Shown here: positions 53,246 through 64,000 of the stretch, one piece after another
How the letters are laid out: each line of letters starts with the position of its first letter
Numbering within the stretch: the stretch's first letter is position 1
Assembly (NCBI GenBank): GCA_000320545.1
Contig: ADNK01000741.1
Coordinates: 42,914 to 106,913 of the forward strand
DNA: 64,000 nt
DNA from: Bigelowiella natans CCMP2755
Lineage: Eukaryota > Protista > Cercozoa
Direction of reading: 5' to 3'
Program-made: the position numbers and the translations under genes
The notes under the pieces: model-generated
Databases searched by the model: none
What the model was told of the DNA's origin: nothing
The model's input: the letters and a program-made list of their open reading frames with translations, nothing else

Positions 53246-54298
53246 TTAACTGTGTAATGACAACCCGTCTCGATGCATTTCACGGTCTAAGATTGCATCA
53301 TCAACGAATGGCACAAGATCATGACTGAAATTTGTGCGGAATCCTGCACAGACCTGAACTAACCAGACCCTTGCGATGATGCACAAAATTGTGCCTACAA
53401 TGACCGCGGCTGCAATTAATGCCCAGGTCGAAAGAGGGACGCCATGCGGTCCACTGGAAGAATTATCTCCAGAAGCTCCGGCTGTTTTTACAACTACTTC
53501 ATGCATGTTGTTCCTTCGTAACCTGTCATTTTTACCCTCTGCATGTTCATGTGTGGGTGAAATTTTTTCATGAGAAGAATCATGAGGTCTCTGCCTCGGG
53601 AAGAAATGCCTAATATTTTTTCCGACAACATTGCCTCTCCGCCTACCATGCTGGTGGTAAGTTGGATAGGAAACAGCTGAGACCCCTGTCGAAGACTCTG
53701 CATTTTCCGAATGAATTTCTGGTTCAAGTTCTCTCAAGTATCGTTTTGGCATCCTGGCATCAGATTCATCAAGTCCATTTTCTGGAATCTGATGTCCTGG
53801 AAGGTCTGCCATTGGTTCAGTTGGTTCATGGTAGTCATCGTCAACTGAGGGGATGTAATGGGCTCCATCGTCAAAATCTTCAGCTGTTCGAGGACTAGAA
53901 ACATCTAATTTGTCCTCGTGTGTTGATGTCCATCGATGCCCGATGTCTGCAAAGTGATTGTTGTTCGGATTGTAGCTTCTTTGCCATGAGCTACGTGAGG
54001 TCAATCATGGACAACGTAATGCAACATGCGTCACATGTGATGCATGTGTTAATTTACTGTGTCCATCATGAACATTGTAGACAACGTAATGCAATGCACA
54101 TCATGTCATGCTACATCACTATGTCTAACATGTCAAATGACCGTTTTCATTTTCCTTGTGCAGAAGGATTGTCGATCTCTCAGCGAGCATCGAATCATTT
54201 GAGTCGGACTTGTGAGAAAGGGCCGCGATGAAGAAACTGCTGCTCAACGGAGCCGGAATTGCGATGAGGATGAAAATTGTGAATGACGAGCACTTCAT
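53246..54298 (-). CDS. Putative type I membrane protein (signal-like exon plus a 252-aa ORF with a C-terminal TM helix), possibly decaying
   Basis: MKCSSFTIFILIAIPAPLSSSFFIAA at 54298; ORF 53246-54004 ends with WALIAAAVIVGTILCIIARVW. The splice junction between them is unresolved. Confidence 0.45.
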
Positions 54299-55486
54299 CC
54301 TGATGCTCCATGGCTGCAGGTTCCCCTGCTGAAACGAGAATAATTGTTCAGTCTTCATGAAATAAATGAAGGAAATGACAAAAAAAATGATCGTCTGATC
54401 GATGGGCAACGAATGGCATTGTCGTTTTTTTCAACGTGTCACGTTTGCCCTCGACCCAACAGGTCTGTCGCTACATCACACACAAGGTGTACTTGATTTG
54501 TTCCCATCCCCATGTCTGATGTTGCTTCCAATGGCTTGGCAATTTTGTTGGCACAAATCGGAGCATTTGTGCATCTGCGACATGCTAGATGTGAAGTCGG
54601 CACGACGTACCTGTGAAACAAACCTGTCAATTTTTCGCACCTTGATTGGAGGAGTCAGCATGTCTGGTGTTGTGTTCGTTTGACAATTCCATTGCACTCA
54701 GTCACCAAGCAGGTCAAGTGAGCATGTGAGCAACCCTGCCAGAGCGCCTGGGCTTCCTTCCTCCAACACGAAGTTCGCACATTCGAACTTGCCGTTTTGT
54801 GGGTGTCAAACGCAGTGCCCGTGTCAGCAACACAACTCACTCTTGTCTGGCACTTGCAGCATCGGACCATTCTGGTGAAGCGGGCCACGGAGTGCGCTGG
54901 TGCACTCAGTTTCCTCTGGTCTTGTCTGCACTAGCTGCGGTCACCAGGCCTAGAGGCGGTTCTCCGTTGGTGCAAAAACCAATTGTGCCGCACGCGTGCA
55001 CGTTGAGGTTCAAGTCTCGCGTTCGTTGCACACGCACCAACAAGGTGTGCCACGGCAAACAGGCCGCACGCGACGCTGCTGTGCTGCTGTTTCTGGATGA
55101 TCACGATCACAACTTTGAACCACAGAAAGAACCAGAGACAGGATGAGACCAGGAGAGGAAAATGTGTTTCCATTCTTCGTCTGGCATCACCAGTGTGGGG
55201 CAGCTGAACAGCCGCAAAAATCGAATCGAAGGATCAAAATCGCACGCTTTTTGCAAGCAACAAAATTGCTCGCTCTCAACGTCAATGGGCCAGCCACTTC
55301 GAGACTTGCCCAGCCAAAAGGAGTTGCTCAAGGTGTGTTCAATTCGCACGCTCGCCACTTCTGGACTTGCTTTGACAGGCGAAGCTGTGGTTTTTTTGAG
55401 TTGCATGCTGGTGAGGAGCATCATCAGTGTCACAAACGTGTGGACGTGTGTGCACACTGGCACGTGGTGTGCAGCATTGCTCAATC

Positions 55487-55560
55487 TGTGAGTGGTTTTT
55501 GCCTTTGAACCACTCGTAGTTCGCGAACTACGAGTGGTTTGAAGGCAAAAACCACTCACA
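55487..55560. repeat. 74-bp spacerless palindrome
   Basis: TGTGAGTGGTTTTTGCCTTTGAACCACTCGTAGTTCG|CGAACTACGAGTGGTTTGAAGGCAAAAACCACTCACA; the only asymmetry is at 55506-07/55540-41. Confidence 0.95.
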
Positions 55561-57131
55561 CAATCGTTGAGTTCAATGATTGTGAAAACCCAGAAAGTTC
55601 TCTGGCTGCGCTACATCTTGCTGGCTTGCTCGGTCACTCGGCCAACGTCAGAACGAGCAAGGAGTCTGAAAGACGGACGTGGCTCGTTTTGAAGGCTTGC
55701 AGACTTCCTTCTGTCCAACGCGCCACTGTGGCATCCGTCGCTTCGCGTGCACGACACAACTCCGTCGCAACCTGTGACGAATGGCGTGACCTCTCAATTG
55801 AGAGGTCATTGAGCACAACAGAGCACAAACCCGCCGCGCGCCCACGTGCGGGTGTGTGCGTGCGCGTGTGCTGAAATTTCACAATGATGTGAAGCCAGTG
55901 TGCGCACGGCACACCCTCATGAGCTTGCAAAACTTGTGGCACAGCAAGTGCATCTGCACTGGCTGTTTTGGAAGTGGTGAGCACTGGAGCATTTTGCAAT
56001 TTGCGCCTGCATACACAGGCTCGTGCAGGCTCCAGTTGTGCTTCCAATGATGTCCAAGCTGCAACGATTGAGCGCGCCAGGCCGCGCGCGCAAGCATGGT
56101 TCATGCAAACCCAAGTCGTCACCGGGTGCGGTTTGACGGAGTTGTGGCTTTGATGTGCTTTGATTGAGATTCAGAAAAAAGCGCGTGTGCATGCTGGCAC
56201 GCGCTACTGCTGCGGCGATGTCCAGATGTGTGGTCGCCCGGGCGAGGCTCACGCATCACCTATGCACCGGCTGCACGCTGCCGACAAAGCAGTAGTGCTA
56301 GAGTGGACTAGCTAGCTAGTGGAAACCTTTGCGCACTGTCATGCCACCTATACACCCGGGCCATGCATGCAGTGGTGCGCGCATGCATGCATCGATCGCC
56401 ATCAGCAGCAGCGCAGCAACAAAGTTTCGTCGCACGCTACACGTGCGCACAGATTCGAATGTGTGCTGTGACGCTGAAATGAAATCTCTTGCACCGAGCG
56501 TGTGATCCTGATCGACTCATTGTAGGTGTTGGTCCGTGTTAGCAGGCGGTTGGGAGGCCTGATGTGCGATGTCGAAAAACTAGAAATCACCCTGATCGAT
56601 CGACATCTGCTTGCATGCCGCCGCGGCGATCCGAACAGCTACGACACATGGCGAACAGTACAACAGCACTAGAGTACGTGATTGTGCGACTCATGGCATC
56701 TCTTGACCATTCTCTGTTCGATGAGACATGCCGGGTGAAATGTGACAGGAATGCAAATGACAAATGACGGAATTGCTCTCGCATGCATCGCAGCCGCAGG
56801 ACTACATGTCTAGATCTAGAGATGTATAGGTAGAGCTAGGTATGTGGGAATGCAGCACTTAGCTCTCGCCATCACAGCATCGGATCAATTCATGTGTCCT
56901 ATGCAAGCGGAATTGGTGAAACATGCCCATTCTATCGTGGCAGGCATGTTTTCGCAATACATGTGACAATATTGTGGCTGACAAATTTTCGCGGTATCTC
57001 AGATAGTTTTCCCGATTTGATGACGATTTAGACAGAAGTGTCTACAGTAGCAAGTTGGAATAATCATCATAAGAGCCTAAATTTACCTTTAACTTTTCAG
57101 ATCTTATCTCACATAAATCTCCGAAAGCAAA

Positions 57132-57844
57132 TTACATCTTGCTGAACTGCTTGCCTTGTTCTCCCTCAGTCTTTGAGACGACGTTTAGAACGTTAAATCT
57201 GACAGTCTTGGAGAGAGGGCGGCACTCGCCAATGGTGACATTATCACCTTCGTGAATACGGAAGCATGGCGATACATGTGCGGGAGTGTTCGAGTGCCTT
57301 TTTTCGAATCTATTGTACTTTTTGATGTAATGGAGGTAGTCACGTCGGACGATGATGGTGCGGTTCATTTTTGTGGACTTCACAACGCCCTGAAAAATAG
57401 AGTAATATGGAAAATTAATCGGAATACAAGGAATGATATTTCATAGATCAAACAGATAGAGAAAGTAGTGAAGAAACCAAGGAGTACTTAAAAGAAACCA
57501 AGGACTAATTAGAAATTATTCCACGTATCACAAATTTCTTTTCCCAGCAAATGTATTAGTCACCGCATGTCAAACACTCCTACATGGAGAGAATATCCTT
57601 CTTAATGATAAAATAACACCTTGAGGATACGTCCACGGATGGAGACATTTCCGGTGAAGGGGCATTTGTCGTCAACGTATTTCCCCTCAATCGCGGTCTT
57701 AGGGACGCGGAAGCCGAGACCAACATTACGCCACCATCGCACAGCCTTGGAGCCTTTGTTTGATTTCTTGGCGATAACACGCTTACGTCCAATGTAGATT
57801 CCCTTCTGCTTCTGGAAGGACCTTTCAGTTTGAGCGTCAGCCAT
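57132..57844 (-). CDS. RPS11: 40S ribosomal protein S11 (uS17), 2 exons
   Basis: [13 protein letters not shown]...[36 protein letters not shown]|[32 protein letters not shown]...[15 protein letters not shown]. Confidence 0.98.
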
Positions 57845-58406
57845 GATGAAAGGGAGGGGGCGCGAGTCTACTTATGGTACGTTAAGGTATAGTAATTGCC
57901 AAGAGATGTGAGAGGGAAGCGTATATGCCGACCCTTTTTAGCAAACAAACTCTCTACTCCATGTCTCTATTAGAATATATAACCTTAATTTGAGGTGAGA
58001 CTCAGAAAATTGCACAAAGATTGATATGCAAGAATATATGAGGACTTAAAAATACACAATTAAAACACTTAAAATTAACAATTAAAGTAAATTTGAAGTA
58101 ATTAAATTTATATTAAGATGTCGTAAGGTCAAAATATCAATCTACGAAATTACAGTTTGCGCCTATCTTGTCTGAAATTCGTCCCTGCGGGCTTCGGTGA
58201 ATTCTCCGTCTTTCTGCCGAGAAAGAAATGAATTCTCCGAAGCAGAGAAGGTTGGTTATGAACAGCGAATGCAGAGTTTGATGTGTTCATATTCCAACAT
58301 ATTGCTACATTCCAATAATAACAACGACGACGACAACGACGAGGAGAGCAAGAAGGTGGTGCTTCCGAGCACTATCTGTGGGTATTTAATGAGGGAGGGG
58401 GGCTTC

Positions 58407-59663
58407 ATGAGACCATTAGCTCCGAAAAATATCCTACTACAATTGCTTCTTGTGTCGGCCTTCACCCCTGTAGAGGCATCATATTCCGGAGCGGTTCAAG
58501 GCGTACCTCGTACGGTATGCCATGAAAATAAGAAGGCCTGTAAGGAGCTATCGCTTTTTCTTCGCGCGAAGACCTTCGGGACGGCATCTAGCGTTTTGGT
58601 AAACATTTTCTCCGAATTTTTAGGGAATGAGTTAGGGATGTATTTTGAATGATACTACGAATGGGTATCATCTTACCGACGACACCACCTCGACACGTCC
58701 TCTTTCTTACTACTTTTTGTCACTTCGGAAGGTGCTGGAAGGAGCAAGTGAGAGCGTGAGTTCCGTGGTCGTGCAATCATTTCTAGACTACAAGGCCCTT
58801 AGTCTCGACCGCTCTGTCACCCTTCGCCTGAGGACAGGTAGTGGATGGATCATCTTTCGTTCCATCGCATCACCAACAATCTTGCATCAGACGGACTATC
58901 AATGGCTGATGAATGCAGCTTAAGAATGAGAATACCATACTGCAAGAGCAATGGACCAAATATCATGAATACATAACAATTCTTATTCATGATGCGAAAT
59001 ACACCCATGAGAAGTATGTTTAGATACATACAAACGCAACACGGTTAATAGGTGAAAGTCTACAGGCCTTCCAGGAGGATTTAAGAGAGAAAATTATTGA
59101 CTCCGTGAACCAGGTTCCGGCTTGTCTCTTTCTTATAAAGGTACTGCATACTCCACAATAATTAAACGGAAAGGGTGTATAGTAACTTGTTCGTTGAGAA
59201 AACATTGATGTACTAGTACCACAGCTATACATGCTTTCAATAAGATTCTATCATGTACGAAAAATGGGAGTAGAGAGAAGACATAAAAGCACACCCATCC
59301 TTCCTTTCAGATCGATGGGCTCGATACCAGTAGAACGTCAGTGCTTCTGGAGTTCATAATCCAATTTAGTACCATGGGTTATCTCGGCGAGGGTGGAGGG
59401 CAGGAAGGTGAAGGGAGCGGCTCATTCCATTTAGGAGTCTCCTCCTCTACACTAGCACCAGGTCGTGTGAGATATTAGTAGATACAACACATGCAGTCAG
59501 TTGCATAATTTGAAGCAAAAAGGCTACTTTTCCTGTTTCTTTGGGTGGTCAAAATGTGTTTATTTATTTCACTATTTAATTGTTCAAATTCGTGTCGTAT
59601 TTTACAAATCATTAACATAGCTGATATTGTGATTGACCAGACATACTCCACAACCACACAAAC

Positions 59664-59714
<51 letters not shown>

Positions 59715-59726
59715 ATTCATTATATA

Positions 59727-59763
<37 letters not shown>

Positions 59764-60247
59764 TTTGAAAGTGTGTGCAGAGAGTAATGCCACACCAACA
59801 ATTCAGGTAGAGCTGTAGAAGCAGCAGCGAAATCCTTGTTCGTTTTTGTGGCACCTAGAGGCTATCTCGACAGACTCAACAACTTACGAAACAAGTAGTC
59901 ATAACAAATCATGATGATGATGATGATGATGATGATGTATCATCCTTCAAACATCTGAGATTATCTTCTTGTTCTTCTTGTTCTTGTTCTCCCTCTTTCT
60001 CACTTCTTCTCCACATAGTGGTACAAGACACAACGACTTAATTACCTACCTGTTTTTAATTTTTGGAATGATATTGTTAGGTATAGACAGTATCTCGCAC
60101 GAGGCACAATCATCTTCCAGCCCCAGAAGAAATATCATGTAGTAGTAGTAGTAGTAGTAGTTGTAGTAGTAGTAGTGCATGTACACACATAAGTAGTAGA
60201 ATATGGACATATATTAGTATATGTACACTCATACACATATACTTGAT

Positions 60248-60299
<52 letters not shown>

Positions 60300-60796
60300 T
60301 ATATACAAAGGCTCAAGTAGCAGCCGATATGCTAGAATCCCGCCGTCGTGAAAGAAGGAAGAAAAAGGGGCATGATGACGATCATCATTACGACAAGGAG
60401 GAGGAGACCGGGGAGATCCATCCCCAGGATCCGGTAGTAGAAAGCGTTATATGTTATATTATTTTACGCATTATAAATATATTATGATGTTAATAGAATG
60501 GACTAAGCAAATATATACGATTTTCCTTTGCTGTAATGTTAGGAGGAGATGCTGCGAAGTAAATTTATAGGTGAGAGGAAGGAAGAAGACCAACTCTATC
60601 ATCATCACCATCACCATCACCATCACCATTGTCATCATCACTGACACAACAACACTGCACAACCCGCCTGTTCTTCATCTTAATATCTTCATCCTTCATC
60701 GTATGTTAAAAAAATGACATTTTGGATATGTGTATTGTTGGTTTTTTTGGTGCCGTGTTTTTCGGGCAGGTCAATATTTCGTCAAATCACGGGTTG

Positions 60797-60834
<38 letters not shown>

Positions 60835-62790
60835 CATTATTATATATCAAAGCATACAAAACTCACAAACACACAATAGAACATACGTTACATCATTTGG
60901 CAAATGAAATGTTTTCACATTGACACTGTGTGTTGATTGAGAAAGGTGGGAGAGATTTCGTTGTGTCACCACCACAAATCATCATGTTCCACAATAATAT
61001 CTCCAACAACAATAGAATATATGACAACATTATCTTAATAATCTTCATCGCTAGATCATCCATTTTCTGCATAATTCCAAGAATGGGCGTCGCCTCGTCC
61101 GTGGGCCGGTAAGAATAAAAAAATACCTGTGGTAGACATGAATCATAAGGAGGATGAAAGTCGAGAAGAGATTGGGGAAGAAAAGCAGGAAGATAAATTA
61201 AAAATAGATCGGAGTTTGCCCAAAAAATAAATGTCTTGTGTGGCAACTTTGTGCATCATCGAAAGTATTTCTTACATTTGGTTTTTCAATTACATTAATG
61301 GAATGATGATAAATAGGTTATGATTGAATCGATTACGTCGTGTATTATTTTAAAACATTAGAAACCGACTCTGCTGCAAATTTGCACATAATAGAACAAA
61401 GTTGATAATAAGTAGAAGCATTTTGCCACTTACTTCCTCATCCTTGCTGCTGTTAAGACTTATACTTTCTGCCTCTCTTCCTTCCTCCTCCTCCTCTTCC
61501 TCCTCCTCCTCCTCTTCTCACAATGTTCGCAGAGTGTTTTCTTGTTCACTGGTCCTCCCGGGGTGGGGAAAACGTAATACTGTCTATGAGTAACAGCTGA
61601 AAGATAGTTGATGATACCGATGATCACCGTACCAATAGTTTTGTAGGGGATATATGTGAATAATATTTGTTAGTGATGGTGATGATGATGTTATAGTCTA
61701 TCCCTAAGAACATTATTATGATCATGTTCCCCATCATAGGTATCTTGCGAAGCTCATTGCGACTGCTCTCGAAAGGTGTCCTTCCTTCCTACCTTTGTTA
61801 CCTACCTACCTACCTACAATTGAAGAACTGTTTTCGTTCATTCGTTAGTTTGGTACAATATTTCGAATGAAAGAGATGGTATGATCAAACGAATCAGAGA
61901 GAGAGAGAGAGAAACCCACCGCGTCTTCTTGTCACAACCACGGTTAATCGATGTCCTCTATCATTATTATTCGGATTTGAATGACGAAGTGGAGGTGATG
62001 GTGATGATGATGGTGGGCTTTTACGAGAAACACTTGATTTCTCCGACGAGGCATTTCTATGAAGCATGGTGTAGCATCTTACTGGCCTCCTTTATTGGTG
62101 ATATATTCAGGGAGATCTTCCAGTATGATATGGCTACATACAAGGTATTAAGATGTATATTGTATTTTATAGATTATTTGTAGTTTGCTAATCATGCTGA
62201 TGATCATGAGGAAGAGGACGTGATGACTAATTAGTTTGTAAATATATTTTTAACATAACTTACTTTCATGTATGTATCATTTTAGAAGTCAGCTAATCAT
62301 CACTGCCGCACAAATCTACCATCAACGTACGCTCTCTCCAACCCCTCCCCGCCCCCCCTTTTTTCTCCCTCCTTGTAGACTGCAGAAGATGTCGATAGCT
62401 TCGTGTCACCAAGATTAGGTCCCTCTTATATTTATTGATTCATCACCCTCTCCTTCTTCTCCTTCTTCTTCTTCTTCTTACACACATTTACATTAGCATA
62501 GATAGTGTGCGTCGTGTGCATGTTATACTCTTACATAAAGGGCACTATATGCGTGTGTTTACGTACATTTATACGCGTACATTTATACATTCATATACAT
62601 TTGTATATATGTATAAATAAATATATATATATATATATATATATATGCATGTGTATTGTGTGTGTAATCTAGTATGTGTAAAAGATGTTTCTTCATTGTT
62701 TGTCTATGTGGTTTCTTGTTTTGCGAAGGATTGCAAGGGGAGGGGCACCTATTCAAGAGGTTATACTCATCATTATGTATCATGAATTCA

Positions 62791-62824
<34 letters not shown>

Positions 62825-63422
62825 TAAACGCAAGTGTACACACATATTCGTACGTGTACATGTACGTGTGCATGTGCATGTGCATGTGTGTGTGTGTGTG
62901 TGTGTATGTGAAAGAGAGAGAGAGAGAGAGAGAGAGAGATGGGGGGAAGGGGGGGGCGGGAGACAGTATTGATTAACAAACTATTTTCTTCATCATCATC
63001 ATCTTCTTCTTCTTCTTCTTCTTCATCTTCCTTTCTAACGAACAATATAATTATTGTTTTTGTAAAGATTGTCGCACTCCCCAAATGCAGTGGTTCTTAT
63101 GGATGAAATCGAAAAGGCACACCCTTCGATGGTGCGTGCGTGCGTCGTTGTAGTATCGATAGGATCTCATCGTAAAGCCGTCGTTGTAGTCACAATATGA
63201 TCTCAGCGTACAACCATCTTGTTGGTGAGACGGGTTCTTCTTCTTCTTCCTCTTCTTCTTCTTCTTCTTCTATCCTCATTTTGACGAGGAGCACTTCGGC
63301 GTACTATTCCTTAGACCATCTAGTTGTAACGACGACCACTTAGATATACTATTTCTTTAACTATCTAGTTGTAACCCAACTCATAACTAGCACACACGCA
63401 CTCGCATACACAGATTTATATT

Positions 63423-63460
<38 letters not shown>

Positions 63461-64000
63461 TTTATCCTCTCCAGATTAACGAATTCTTGCTCGGAGTGCT
63501 TGGTAATGGTATCTTACAGGACAAAAAGGTTTGTGTGTGTGTGTGTGTGTGTGTGTTGGTTGCTGTACATAATACACTCATCCTACGTTGGTGAAGAATG
63601 GAGGATGAGGGAGGAGGAGGAAGATATGCTGCTAATAACTCATATTGATGTGGGTTTAGGATTAGCTGTCATTTTCAGCTGGTGAGGGGATAACACGCCT
63701 TTCCTTTCTTAGAGCATGAGAAATCGATGATTGTACAGCAGAAAATATGCGCATCATTTGTTCAAGTTGTTATCATTAATTGTTAGTATCTACATTTTGT
63801 GAAGTTATATTTTCTTGCCCCTCCCCCCTCTGAAATTGATTTGTTTGTTCCTTTTACTACCCCTCCTTCCTCCACCCCCCCCGCCCTCCTCCTTATTATT
63901 TATCATCATGCATGCAACGAGCAGTCCGGAACCAGCATCTCAGTCGCTGATAGTATCTTCATCCTCACTTCAAATTGCTTTCAAGATATAATACATTCCT
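58407..64000 (+). CDS. AAA+ ATPase with a ClpB/ClpA D2-like module and a signal-peptide-like N-terminus; many micro-exons; probably runs past the window end
   Basis: Spliced: EEMLRSKFIG|QYFVKSR|IIHFLHNSKNGRRLVRGP|SVFLFTGPPGVGKT|YLAKLIATALE|REIFQYDMATYK|...|GLQGEGHLFK|RLSHSPNAVVLMDEIEKAHPSM. N-terminus MRPLAPKNILLQLLLVSAFTPVEAS (an upstream in-frame ATG at 58269 is also possible). Confidence 0.8.

Larger units (their letters stand above)
51620..57000. other. TpA-depleted domain 7 (partial at 51620-54130, deep at ~54650-56200)
   Basis: Deep part has only CTAG/CTAC/GTAG and rare other TAs. Lies between the convergent RPL18 and RPS11 3' ends. Confidence 0.88.

Noticed and set aside
1-64000. rRNA/tRNA genes, or an encoded deaminase/methyltransferase responsible for the TA loss
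   Set aside because: None recognised. The amidohydrolase has sugar-lactonase-type motifs, and nothing links it to DNA editing.

Overview
Eukaryotic nuclear DNA from an intron-rich protist. Short GT-AG introns and microsatellite-filled introns suggest a chlorarachniophyte-like or other algal lineage; this is inference only. About 14 genes are recognisable: a RIOK3-N/UBA/Tudor protein, an RRM-coiled-coil protein, an ankyrin protein, Yip1, RING-TPR-DnaJ, a TRAIP-like RING protein, EXO5, an amidohydrolase, eIF2-beta, an SR-like RRM protein, a Zn-finger ORF, RPL18, RPS11 and a ClpB-D2-like AAA+ ATPase. They fall into seven head-to-head (minus/plus) pairs. Every tail-to-tail gap between pairs is a 0.5-5 kb domain from which the dinucleotide TpA has been almost completely removed; I read runs of 1-1.9 kb with no TA, even in AT-rich DNA. 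The survivors are mostly CTAG, then CTAC/GTAG. Palindrome arms and repeat copies inside these domains differ by TG versus CA (or CG) at the same site, which points to an ancestral TA mutated by A-to-G on either strand. The domains hold decayed repeats, a 28-bp-TIR element and a Crinkler-like pseudogene with Tyr changed to Cys/His. The best candidate for a novel system is therefore a domain-targeted TpA-to-TpG/CpA hypermutation process, a 'reverse RIP' acting on non-genic and parasitic DNA. All counts are from manual reading, and exon coordinates are approximate.
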